A stretch of DNA of 39,580 nucleotides from Alphaproteobacteria bacterium (GTDB lineage: Bacteria; Pseudomonadota; Alphaproteobacteria; JACZXZ01), in contig DATJAC010000324.1 of the NCBI GenBank assembly GCA_035516655.1, positions 1 through 39,580 on the forward strand, given 5' to 3'. The notes under the pieces were generated by a model, which saw only the letters and a program-made list of their open reading frames with translations, was not told the DNA's origin and did no database searches. Both the position numbers and the translations under genes were made by a program. Shown here piece after piece: positions 26,604-38,314 of the stretch (the first letter of the stretch is position 1; every line of letters starts with the position of its first letter).

Positions 26604-27395
26604 ATGGCCGCAGCCGGGATCGACGATTTCCTTCGCCTCGCCGCCCGTCTCGCAGAGGAGAGCGGGGCGATCGTGCTGCGCCACTTCCGCCGCGCACTCG
26701 CCGTCGACGACAAGGCCGACCTTTCGCCCGTGACCGCCGCCGACCGCGATGCCGAGGCGGCCATGCGCCGGCGCATCGAAGAGCACTTCCCCGATCACGG
26801 CGTCATCGGCGAGGAGCACGGTGCGAGCAATGCGGAGGCACCCTACGTCTGGGTGCTCGATCCCATCGACGGCACCAAATCTTTCATCGCCGGCAAGCCC
26901 CTCTTCGGCACCCTCATCGCCCTCCTCCACGAGGGACGCCCCATCCTCGGCATCATCAATCACCCCGCCCTCGGCGAGCGCTGGACCGGGGCCGCGGGCA
27001 AGGCCACCCTCTTCAACGGAGCCCCGGTCCGGACGCGCGCCTGCGGAGAGCTCGCCAAGGCCATCGTCTTTTCGACCTCGCCTTACATGTTCGCCTCGCC
27101 GCGCGACAAAGCCGCCTACGAGCGCCTGCGCACGAGTGCCAAGCTCGCACTCTTCGGGACGGACTGCTACGGCTACGGCCTCGTCGCCAGCGGCTTCGCC
27201 GACCTCGTCATCGAGAGCGGCCTCAAGCCCTACGACTATTGCGCCCTCATCCCGGTGCTCGAGGGGGCGGGCGGGGTGATCACCGACTGGCGCGGGTGTG
27301 CGCTCGGCCTCCACTCGGACGGCCGGGTGCTCGCCGCAGGGGACGCGCGCGCGCACGCGCAAGCGCTCGGCGTCATCTCCGAGGCCGCCGGCTGA
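26604..27395 (+). CDS. inositol monophosphatase family protein (possibly histidinol-phosphatase HisN type)
   Basis: 263 aa with PVTAADRDAE, IGEEHG and WVLDPIDGTKSF, the IMPase signatures. Confidence 0.85.
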   Translation: MAAAGIDDFLRLAARLAEESGAIVLRHFRRALAVDDKADLSPVTAADRDAEAAMRRRIEEHFPDHGVIGEEHGASNAEAPYVWVLDPIDGTKSFIAGKPLFGTLIALLHEGRPILGIINHPALGERWTGAAGKATLFNGAPVRTRACGELAKAIVFSTSPYMFASPRDKAAYERLRTSAKLALFGTDCYGYGLVASGFADLVIESGLKPYDYCALIPVLEGAGGVITDWRGCALGLHSDGRVLAAGDARAHAQALGVISEAAG

Positions 27396-27506
27396 GCCGC
27401 CCCGGGGTCCGGGCCGTCGCCGGAGTTTGGCTTGCCGGTCGCCGTGGAAACCGCCATGTTGAAGGCGCTCGACCGCTCGCCCCTTGACCTCGCGCCGGGG
27501 ATCGCC

Positions 27507-29327
27507 ATGCCTTACGTGAGAGCCACGATCTTAGCCCTGCTGGCGCTTTTCGCAGGCGCCCCGGCCTCGGCCGACGACGCCGACTTCATAGGCCCCGGCA
27601 TCGCCATGCATGGCGAGGTGAAGTACAAGCCCGGCTTCGCCCATTTCGACTACGCCAATCCGGATGCCCCCAAAGGCGGGGAGGTGCGCGAGGCCACGAT
27701 CGGCACCTACGACAGCCTCAACCCCTTCATCTTGAAGGGCGTCACCGCGGCCGGGGTGGGCCTCGCCTTCGACACCCTCATGGTCTCGAGCGAGGACGAG
27801 GCGTTCAGCGAATACGGCCTCGTCGCCGAGACGATCGAGGTGCCCAAGGACCGCTCCTTCGTGATCTTCACCTTGCGGCCCGAGGCGCGCTTCAACGACG
27901 GCAGCCCGATCACCGCGGACGACGTGGTGTGGAGCTTCGATACGCTCAAGGCCAAGGGCCATCCCTTCTACGCCGCCTACTACCACAGCGTCGTGAAGGC
28001 CGAGAAGGTCGGGGAGCGCAAGGTCAAGTTCACTTTCGCGCCCGGCGACAACCGCGAGCTGCCGCTCATCCTCGGTCAGCTGCCGGTGCTGTCGCAGAAA
28101 TACTACGCGAGCCGCGACTTCACGAAGACCACGCTCGAGGCCCCCCTCGGCAGCGGCCCCTACAAGGTCTCCGCCGTGGATCCCGGCCGCTCGATCACGC
28201 TCGAGCGCGTGCCGGATTATTGGGGCAAGGACCTGCCGGTCAACAAGGGACGCTACAACTTCGACCGCATCCGCATCGACTATTACCGCGACGAGAACGT
28301 CTCGCTCGAGGCCTTCAAGGCCGGCAACTACGATTTCCGCCAGGAGAACTCGTCGAAATTCTGGGCGACCGGCTACGACTCGCCCGCCGTGCGCGACGGC
28401 CGCATCAAGAAGGAGGAAATCCCGAACGAGGAGCCGCAGGGCATGCAGGGCTACGTCTACAACATCCGCCGACCCGTCTTCCAGGACCCGCGGGTGCGCG
28501 CGGCGCTGGCCTACGCCTTCGATTTCGAGTGGAGCAACAAGACGCTCTTCTACGGGCAATATACGCGCACGGAGAGCTACTTCTCCAACTCCGAGCTCGC
28601 CTCCCACGGCCTGCCGAGTGCCGGGGAGCTCGAGCTCCTGGAGCCGCTCAAGGGCGAGATCCCCGCGGAGGTCTTCACCAAGGAATACGAGGCGCCCAAG
28701 ACCGACGGCTCGGGCAACATCCGGCCCAACCTCGCGCTCGGATTGCAGCTCCTCGCCGCGGCCGGCTGGACGGTCAAGGGCGGCAAGATGGTCGACGCCA
28801 AGGGGGCACCGCTTGCCTTCGAGATCCTCCTCGACGAGCCCGCCTTCGAGCGCGTCACGCAGCCCTTCGTGCAGAACCTGGCACGCCTGGGCGTGGATGC
28901 GCGCATCCGCACCGTCGACACGGCCCAGTACAAGAACCGCCTCGACAATTTCGATTTCGACATGATCGTGGGAAGCTTCGGAGAGTCGCTCTCCCCCGGC
29001 AACGAGCAGCGCGACTTCTGGGGCTCGGAGAGCGCCGATATCCCCGGCGGACGCAACATCATCGGCATCAAGGACAAGGCGATCGACCGGCTGATCGACC
29101 TCGTGATCTCGGCCCCCGACCGCGCGGCGTTGGTCACGCGCACCCACGCCCTCGACCGCGTCCTCTTGTGGCACTTCTACGTCATCCCCCATTGGCACAT
29201 CACCTATTTCCGTGCCGCCTACTGGAACAAGTTCGGGCGGCCCGCGATTTCGCCCAAATACGCGCTCGGCTTCATCGACGACTGGTGGGTCGACCCCGCG
29301 AAGGCGGCGGCACTCAAGACGAAGTAG
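27507..29327 (+). CDS. yejA: ABC transporter substrate-binding protein, YejA-like (family 5)
   Basis: 606 aa. The start at ATG 27507 follows GGGGA. The signal is MPYVRATILALLALFAGAPASA, and HGEVKYKPGFAHFDYANPDAPKGG is a hallmark of YejA-type proteins. Confidence 0.88.
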   Translation: MPYVRATILALLALFAGAPASADDADFIGPGIAMHGEVKYKPGFAHFDYANPDAPKGGEVREATIGTYDSLNPFILKGVTAAGVGLAFDTLMVSSEDEAFSEYGLVAETIEVPKDRSFVIFTLRPEARFNDGSPITADDVVWSFDTLKAKGHPFYAAYYHSVVKAEKVGERKVKFTFAPGDNRELPLILGQLPVLSQKYYASRDFTKTTLEAPLGSGPYKVSAVDPGRSITLERVPDYWGKDLPVNKGRYNFDRIRIDYYRDENVSLEAFKAGNYDFRQENSSKFWATGYDSPAVRDGRIKKEEIPNEEPQGMQGYVYNIRRPVFQDPRVRAALAYAFDFEWSNKTLFYGQYTRTESYFSNSELASHGLPSAGELELLEPLKGEIPAEVFTKEYEAPKTDGSGNIRPNLALGLQLLAAAGWTVKGGKMVDAKGAPLAFEILLDEPAFERVTQPFVQNLARLGVDARIRTVDTAQYKNRLDNFDFDMIVGSFGESLSPGNEQRDFWGSESADIPGGRNIIGIKDKAIDRLIDLVISAPDRAALVTRTHALDRVLLWHFYVIPHWHITYFRAAYWNKFGRPAISPKYALGFIDDWWVDPAKAAALKTK

Positions 29328-29377
29328 GGGGCCGCACCTCGGACGCACGGCGGGCACGGAGGAAGTCGAACTTGTCT

Positions 29378-29463
29378 CTGGATTGCTTCGTCGGCTGCGC
29401 TTCCTCGCAATGACGGGCTATATAGCTTCCATGTCATTGCGAGCCGAAGGCGAAGCAATCCAG
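29378..29463. repeat. family E inverted-repeat element (GTCATTGCGAG...GAAGCAATCCAG arms) between yejA and yejB
   Basis: The left arm is CTGGATTGCTTCGTCGGCTGCGCTTCCTCGCAATGAC and the right arm is GTCATTGCGAGCCGAAGGCGAAGCAATCCAG. An 18-nt AT-richer spacer separates them. Confidence 0.85.
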
Positions 29464-29520
29464 CGATTCTCGCTGTGCCGGAAGATGAGACCGATCTCGG
29501 AAAGATGAGCTGAACGCCCG

Positions 29521-30621
29521 ATGCTCGCCTACATCATCCGCCGCCTGCTCCTCATCATCCCGACCCTGCTCGGGATCATGGTGGTCAACTTCGTGATCAT
29601 CCAGGCCGCCCCCGGCGGGCCGGTCGAGCAGGCGATCGCGCAGATCCAGGGTACCGCGGTGAGCGCCACCGCCCGCATCTCGGGTGCCGGCGGGGAGACC
29701 ACGGCCGGGCAGACGGCACCGGCGAGTGCCGGGGTCAGCAAGTATCGTGGTGCACGCGGGCTCGATCCGGCCCTCGTCAAGCGGCTCGAGCATCAGTTCG
29801 GCTTCGATCAGCCGATGTGGAAGCGCTTCCTCCTGATGATGGGAGACTATCTGCGCTTCGACTTCGGGCAGAGCTTCTTCCGCGACCAGAGTGTCGTGAG
29901 CCTGGTGCTCGACAAGATGCCGGTCTCGGTCTCGTTAGGGCTCTGGACCACGCTTCTCGTCTACCTCATCTCGATCCCCCTCGGCATCGCAAAGGCGGTG
30001 CGCGACGGCACGCGTTTCGACGTATGGACGAGTGCGGTCATCGTGGTGAGCTACTCGATCCCGAGCTTTCTCTTCGCCATCCTCCTCATCGTGCTCTTCG
30101 CGGGCGGAAGCTACGTCCAGTGGTTCCCGCTCCGCGGCCTCGTCTCCGAGAACTGGCACCAGCTCGATCTCCTGCACAAGATCACGGATTACCTCTGGCA
30201 CATGGCCCTGCCCATCCTGGCCCTCGTGATCGGCGGCTTCGCCTCGCTCACCATGCTGACCAAGAACTCCTTTCTGGCCGAGATCGGCAAGCAGTACGTG
30301 CTCACCGCGCGCGCCAAGGGTCTCTCCGAGCGGCGCGTGCTCTACAACCACGTCTTCCGCAACGGCATGCTGATCGTGATCTCGGGCTTCCCCGGCGCCT
30401 TCATCGGCATTCTCTTCACCGGCGCCTTGCTCATCGAGGTCATCTTCTCCCTCGACGGGCTCGGGCTCCTCGGCTTCCAGGCAACCATCAATCGCGACTA
30501 TCCGGTGATCTTCGGCACGCTCTTCTTCTTCACCCTGCTCGGCCTCGTGACCAACCTGATCGGCGACCTCACCTACGTGCTGGTCGACCCCCGCATCGAC
30601 TTCGAGGCGCGGGAGACCTGA
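29521..30621 (+). CDS. yejB: ABC transporter permease, YejB-like
   Basis: 366 aa. The N-terminus is [24 protein letters not shown]. It has the long periplasmic insert typical of YejB and the C-terminus [15 protein letters not shown]. Confidence 0.9.
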   Translation: MLAYIIRRLLLIIPTLLGIMVVNFVIIQAAPGGPVEQAIAQIQGTAVSATARISGAGGETTAGQTAPASAGVSKYRGARGLDPALVKRLEHQFGFDQPMWKRFLLMMGDYLRFDFGQSFFRDQSVVSLVLDKMPVSVSLGLWTTLLVYLISIPLGIAKAVRDGTRFDVWTSAVIVVSYSIPSFLFAILLIVLFAGGSYVQWFPLRGLVSENWHQLDLLHKITDYLWHMALPILALVIGGFASLTMLTKNSFLAEIGKQYVLTARAKGLSERRVLYNHVFRNGMLIVISGFPGAFIGILFTGALLIEVIFSLDGLGLLGFQATINRDYPVIFGTLFFFTLLGLVTNLIGDLTYVLVDPRIDFEARET

Positions 30622-30622
30622 G

Positions 30623-33397
<2,775 letters not shown>

Positions 33398-33431
33398 CGT
33401 ATGTTGTGCTCGGCCGGATGCATTCCCCTAA

Positions 33432-33493
33432 TCGTCACCCTCGGGCTTGACCCGAGGGTCCATGGATTGCCGGGTCAAGCCCGGCAATGACGA
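33432..33493. repeat. family B double-hairpin element (same architecture as family A)
   Basis: TCGTC ACCCTCGGG cttga CCCGAGGGT CCATGGA TTGCCGGG tcaa GCCCGGCAA TGACGA. Confidence 0.85.
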
Positions 33494-33559
33494 AAGACAG
33501 GTGCGATCCCAGCTAATTTGGAATTGCCATAAAGCTCAGCCGCAGAGGATCCCCCGCCC

Positions 33560-34489
33560 ATGGCCCTTCTCTTCAAGTCCGACAGCGACCGCGTCGATTG
33601 GTGGAGGCGCGAGCTCAAGGAGCGCATGCCCGACATGGAGGTGCGCTTTTGGCCCGAGGTGGGCAACCCCGCCGAGATCGAGTTCGCGCTCGTGTGGAAC
33701 ATGCCGCACGGCGCCTTGGCGCGCTTCCCCCACTTGCGCGCCATCTTCTCGCTCGGCGCCGGGGTCGACCATCTCTTCGCCGACCCCACCTTGCCGCGGC
33801 AGGTGCCGATCTGCCGGGTGGTCGACAAGCTCCTGACCCAGCGCATGACCGAGTACGTCGTCCTCCACGTGCTGCGCTACCATCGCCGCCAGCCCGAGCT
33901 CGAGGAGCTGCAGCGCCGCGGCGAATGGAACGAGCTCTACTCGCCGACCGCGGGCGAGCGCCGGGTCGGTATCATGGGCCTCGGCGAGCTCGGCGCCGAT
34001 GCCGCCCGGCACCTCGCCGCCCTGGGCTTCAAGGTCGCCGGCTGGAGCCGCTCGCCCAAGGCGCTTGCGGGTATCGAGAGCTTCCACGGTTCCGCCGGCC
34101 GCGCCGCCTTCCTCGCCGGCTGCGAAATCCTCGTCTGCCTGCTGCCGCTCACGCGCGAGACCGAGGGCATCCTGGACAAGGCGCTCTTCGCCGGCCTGCC
34201 CAAGGGTGCCGTGCTCATCAATGCCGCCCGCGGCAAGCATCTCGTCGAAGCCGACCTGCTCGCCGCCCTCGCCTCGGGCCAGCTCGCCTACGCCGCCCTC
34301 GACGTCTTCCACCAGGAGCCGCTCCCGCCCGCGCACCCCTTCTGGCGCCATCCGCGCATCACCTTGAGCCCGCACATCGCGAGTCTCACCGACCCGCGCA
34401 CCATCTCGGCCACCGTGGCCGAGAACGTGCGGCGCCAACGCGCGGGCGAGCCGCTCCTCTACGTCGTCGACGCGGAGCTCGGGTATTAG
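33560..34489 (+). CDS. D-2-hydroxyacid dehydrogenase, glyoxylate/hydroxypyruvate reductase A-like
   Basis: 309 aa with the GIMGLGELG NAD loop, INAARG, AALDVFHQEPLP and SPHIAS. Confidence 0.85.
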   Translation: MALLFKSDSDRVDWWRRELKERMPDMEVRFWPEVGNPAEIEFALVWNMPHGALARFPHLRAIFSLGAGVDHLFADPTLPRQVPICRVVDKLLTQRMTEYVVLHVLRYHRRQPELEELQRRGEWNELYSPTAGERRVGIMGLGELGADAARHLAALGFKVAGWSRSPKALAGIESFHGSAGRAAFLAGCEILVCLLPLTRETEGILDKALFAGLPKGAVLINAARGKHLVEADLLAALASGQLAYAALDVFHQEPLPPAHPFWRHPRITLSPHIASLTDPRTISATVAENVRRQRAGEPLLYVVDAELGY

Positions 34490-34515
34490 AGCCTGCGGAT
34501 ATTAGTTTTCCGACG

Positions 34516-34675
34516 CGTCATTCCGGACAAGCAAATCATCGCACATGCGATGATTTGCGCGATCCGGAATCCATGGTCGGGACAGTGCGAGCCTTGCCAT
34601 GGATTCCGGATAGCAAGGCTCGCGATCGGGAAAAGCTCCGCTTTTCCCGGGCTCGCCTAAGCTTCCGGAATGACG
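34516..34675. repeat. family C composite palindromic element (CGTCATTCCGGA...TCCGGAATGACG)
   Basis: Two long hairpins are separated by a CCATGG...CCATGG spacer. The right half, reverse-complemented, matches 37062-37138. Confidence 0.85.
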
Positions 34676-34698
34676 GTGAACTTAAATGCCGACAGGCT

Positions 34699-36093
34699 CT
34701 ACCGCCTCCCGCGCTTCCTTCCGAAGCGCGCCTTGAGCATGGCGAAGAGCGCGCGCATGGCGAGGCCCTCCCCGCCTTCGGGCCGGCCGGGGCGCGCTTT
34801 CGCGTTCCAGCCGTAGCTGTCGATGTGCGCCCAGGGGGTGCCGTCGCTCACGAACTCCTGGAGGAAGAGGGCGGCGGCGATCGAGCCGGCAAAGGCGCCG
34901 TCGGGGGCGTTGTTCACGTCGGCGGTCTTGCTCTCGAGCATGCGGCGGTAGGGGCGCCAGAGCGGGAGGCGCCAGAGCGGGTCCGCTTCCGCGGTACCTT
35001 GACGAAGAAGATCGGCCGCGAGCCGCTCGTCGTTCGTGAAGAGAGCGGGAAGCTCGGGGCCGAGGGCCACGCGTGCCGCCCCCGTGAGGGTCGCGCAATC
35101 GATGATCACGGCAGGCCGCTCGGAGTCCGCTTCCGCGAGGGCGTCGGCGAGGACGAGCCGACCCTCGGCGTCGGTATTGCCGATCTCGACCGTGATCCCT
35201 TTGCGGCTCTTGACCACGTCGAGCGGGCGCATGGCGTTACCCGAAACGCTGTTCTCGACCGCCGGAATGAGGAGGCGCAGGCGGACAGGGAGGCCAGCTG
35301 CCATCACCATCGAGGCCAGGCCCAGCATGGTCGCGGCCCCGCCCATGTCCTTCTTCATCATGAGCATGCCGGCCGCGGGCTTGAGGTCGAGCCCGCCCGT
35401 GTCGAAGCACACGCCCTTGCCGACGAGCGTCACCTTGGGTGCCGCCTTGTCGCCCCAGACGAGATCGATGAGGCGCGGGGCGCGTGCCGAGGCCCGCCCG
35501 ACCGCGTGGATGAGGGGATAGTTGCGCGTGATGAGGCGCTCGCCCTCGATCACCTCGATCGCGGCACGGTGCCGCCTCGCGAGCTTGCGTGCCGCCTCGG
35601 CGAGCTCGGCCGGGCCCATGTCGGAGGACGGGGTGTTGATGAGATCGCGGGCGAGGAAGACGGCGTCGGCTGTGCGTTCGACCGCAGCACGGTCGGCATT
35701 CTTGGGCCAGAGCAGGGTCGCGTGCTGCGGCGGGGCCTTGCGATAGCGCGCGAAGCGATAGCTGCCGAGCGCCCAGCCGAGGGCCGCCTTGGTCGCCGCC
35801 GCGGCAGCGAGGGCGGCGTCGAGGCGATAGACGCCCGGCGGCAGGGCTTGCGGCAGGGCCGCCAAGGCCCAGAGCTCGTCCTTTGCGGCGACCCCTACGA
35901 GGACGCGGGCGAGCCTGCCGTCGCCGCCGGGGACGAGGGAGAGCTCGCCCGGCTTGGCGGCAAAGCCCGTCGATTCGACCCAGCCGCGCAAGCGGTACCC
36001 GGGGCCCGCGAGCCAGCCTTTGAGCTTCGCCTCGGCGAGCGGGGTGATGGGCAGGGCCTTGGCTGCTGCCCCGGCGACAAGAGTGCTCTGCAT
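34699..36093 (-). CDS. M17 family leucyl aminopeptidase-like protein
   Basis: 464 aa with VGKGVCFDTGG, MKKDMGGAA and the M17 signature NTDAEGRLVLADAL. Confidence 0.88.
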   Translation of the reverse strand: MQSTLVAGAAAKALPITPLAEAKLKGWLAGPGYRLRGWVESTGFAAKPGELSLVPGGDGRLARVLVGVAAKDELWALAALPQALPPGVYRLDAALAAAAATKAALGWALGSYRFARYRKAPPQHATLLWPKNADRAAVERTADAVFLARDLINTPSSDMGPAELAEAARKLARRHRAAIEVIEGERLITRNYPLIHAVGRASARAPRLIDLVWGDKAAPKVTLVGKGVCFDTGGLDLKPAAGMLMMKKDMGGAATMLGLASMVMAAGLPVRLRLLIPAVENSVSGNAMRPLDVVKSRKGITVEIGNTDAEGRLVLADALAEADSERPAVIIDCATLTGAARVALGPELPALFTNDERLAADLLRQGTAEADPLWRLPLWRPYRRMLESKTADVNNAPDGAFAGSIAAALFLQEFVSDGTPWAHIDSYGWNAKARPGRPEGGEGLAMRALFAMLKARFGRKRGRR

Positions 36094-36245
36094 CGGGGTC
36101 CTCGCCGGAAGGGGTGAGCGGGCGGCGTCTCGAGCGCTAGAATGAAGCGCTCGGCGGCCGTTGGAAAGCTCATAGCGCAGGCACCCCTTGTGTTCATCGG
36201 CGCCATCGCCTAAATCGGGCGTTCACTCTTTCGTGAGGAAACGCC

Positions 36246-36872
36246 ATGGCCGACGTTGCCATCGTCATCGGAGACAAGAACACCTCGTCCTGGTCGCTGC
36301 GCGGCTGGTTGGCCCTCAAGGCCACCGGGATCCCCTTCGAGGAGATCCTCGTCCCGCTCCATCGGCCGGAGAGCAAGGCCGCGATCCAGGGCCACGGTGC
36401 GAATACGGTCCCGATCCTCAAGCACAAGGGCACGCTCGTGTGGGAGAGCCTCGCGATCTGCGAGTTCCTTGCCGAGGCCTATCCCGCGGCCAAGCTCTGG
36501 CCCGAGGAGCCGGGGGCGCGGGCGCTTGCGCGCGCGGTCTCGGCCGAGATGCATGCGGGCTTCCAGCCGCTGCGCGCGAACATGTCGATGGACATGCGGG
36601 CGCGCAAGCCGGGCACCGGCCTCGCCGACGGAGTCCAGGCGAACATCGACCGCATTTCTGAGCTCTGGCGCCTCTGCCGCGAGCGCTCCGGCAAGGGCGG
36701 CCCCTTCCTCTTCGGCGCCTTCGGCGCTGCCGATGCCATGTTCGCCCCCGTCGTCAGCCGCTTCGTGACCTATTCGCCGAGGCTCGATCCGGTGGCGAGC
36801 GCTTATCGCGAGGCCCTCTGGCACTGGCCCGCCATGCAGGAATGGAACAAGGCGGCGGAGCGCGAGAAGTGA
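36246..36872 (+). CDS. glutathione S-transferase (YfcF/GST-N3-like)
   Basis: 208 aa with GDKNTSSWSLRGWLALK, VPILKHKGTLVWESLAICEFL and a helical C-terminal domain. Confidence 0.85.
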   Translation: MADVAIVIGDKNTSSWSLRGWLALKATGIPFEEILVPLHRPESKAAIQGHGANTVPILKHKGTLVWESLAICEFLAEAYPAAKLWPEEPGARALARAVSAEMHAGFQPLRANMSMDMRARKPGTGLADGVQANIDRISELWRLCRERSGKGGPFLFGAFGAADAMFAPVVSRFVTYSPRLDPVASAYREALWHWPAMQEWNKAAEREK

Positions 36873-36902
36873 GCGCCGTGCTGAGACAACAGACCTGATG
36901 GA

Positions 36903-37040
36903 CTAGAACAGGATGCGATTAAGCTGAAGCATCACGATCGTCACCCCCGCGCACGCGGGGTCCATGGCGCCGCTGGATTCCCGCTTGCGCGGGAATGACG
37001 ATGAAAACGCTGATTCGACTTGATCACATTCCGCATTAGG
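36903..37040. mobile_element. best-preserved family A MITE-like element
   Basis: The core at 36938-37001 is TCGTCACCCCCGCGCACGCGGGGTCCATGGCGCCGCTGGATTCCCGCTTGCGCGGGAATGACGA. For the arms, GATTAAGCTGAAGC (36917-36930) versus the reverse complement of GATTCGACTTGATC (37012-37025) matches at 10/14. Confidence 0.7.
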
Positions 37041-37061
37041 CGCAAGCGGCAATCCGTTCGC

Positions 37062-37138
37062 CGTCATTCCGGAAGCTAAGGCGAGCCCCGGAAGCGCGCA
37101 GCGAATCCGGGTCGCGAGCCTTGCTATCCGGAATGACG
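37062..37138. repeat. family C half-element, inverted relative to 34600-34675
   Basis: CGTCATTCCGGAAGCTAAGGCGAGCCCCGGAAGCGCGCAGCGAATCCGGGTCGCGAGCCTTGCTATCCGGAATGACG. Confidence 0.8.
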
Positions 37139-37165
37139 AAGCGGGGAATGAATCTCGGTACGCGC

Positions 37166-38206
37166 CTAATGGAGGAGGCCGGCCTCGCGGTAGAAGCGCT
37201 CGGCTCCCGGGTGGAGCGGGATGGCGAGGCCCTCGAGGGCCGTATCGAGACGGATCTGCCTGCCCTCGGGATGGCCGAGATCGAGGAGGCGGCGCGTGCT
37301 CTTCTCCCACAGCGCTTTCGTGACGCCGTAGACGAGATCGGCATCGAGGGCGGCGGACGTCACCCACACGGCCTCGACCGCGACGGCACCGGTTGCGGGT
37401 ACCCCCTTGTAGGTCCCCTCCGGGATCTGCGCCAAGCCGAAGAAGGGATGGGTCAGGCGCAGCTTGGGGAGGGCCTCGGCGTCGACGGGAAGGAGGCGGA
37501 TGGGAAGCGCCTCTGCCAGGGCGGCAAGGGTCGCGACCGGCCAGCCGGCGACCATGAAGAAGGCGTCGATCCGGCCCTCGCGCAAGGCGTCGCTCGCCGC
37601 CCCCGGCTTCAGGAAGACCGCACGCACGTCCTTGCGCCGCACCTTGTAGGCGGCCAGGATCGCCTCGGCATCGATGAGGGTGCCCGAGCCCTCCTCCCCG
37701 ACCGAGACCCGCTTGCCCTTGAGCTGCGCGATCGAGGCGATGTCCGAATCGGCGCGCACCACGATGTGCACGGCTTCCTGGAAAAGATTGGCGATCGCGC
37801 GCAGCTTGTTCATCGGCGTCTTGACGAAGGGGCCGAGGCCGTAGAAGGCGGCATAGGCGAGATCGGCCTGGCACAGTCCGGATTCGATCTCGCCCGCCTC
37901 GATCCGGGCCGCGTTCTCGACCGAGCCCTCGGTCGATTGGGCGACCGCGATCAGCCCCGGCACGCCGCAGCTGCCGCCCTGGGCGCAGGGGCGTGCTCCG
38001 GGCGGGCTCGAGATCGCACTCGCGATCACGCCGCCGATGGGGAAATAGGTGCCGCCCGAGGCCCCGGTGCCGATGCGGAAGAAATGCATCGCTTGGGCCT
38101 GGTTGCTCTCCTCGGCCGCCGGCAGGCAGCCGGGATCGCCCAGGACTCCCGCCGCGATCACGCCGGCCAAGAGCCGCCACCGGGTGCCGCGGAAAGACAA
38201 ACCCAT
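37166..38206 (-). CDS. TAXI-family TRAP-type solute-binding protein (orphan, no permease adjacent)
   Basis: The signature FFRIGTGASGGTYFPIGGVIA is present. The start is placed at ATG 38206 (MGLSFRGTRWRLLAGVIAAGVLG signal); the longest ORF extends to 38260. Confidence 0.8.
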   Translation of the reverse strand: MGLSFRGTRWRLLAGVIAAGVLGDPGCLPAAEESNQAQAMHFFRIGTGASGGTYFPIGGVIASAISSPPGARPCAQGGSCGVPGLIAVAQSTEGSVENAARIEAGEIESGLCQADLAYAAFYGLGPFVKTPMNKLRAIANLFQEAVHIVVRADSDIASIAQLKGKRVSVGEEGSGTLIDAEAILAAYKVRRKDVRAVFLKPGAASDALREGRIDAFFMVAGWPVATLAALAEALPIRLLPVDAEALPKLRLTHPFFGLAQIPEGTYKGVPATGAVAVEAVWVTSAALDADLVYGVTKALWEKSTRRLLDLGHPEGRQIRLDTALEGLAIPLHPGAERFYREAGLLH

Positions 38207-38314
38207 CGCCCTACTCCACGAAGCAGGGGCCATTAATAGCGCGGTCCGCGCGCCGATCAAAGGAGAGCTCGCAAAACGATGCCGGAATCTTGCCGGAACG
38301 GGTGCGCCGCGCGA

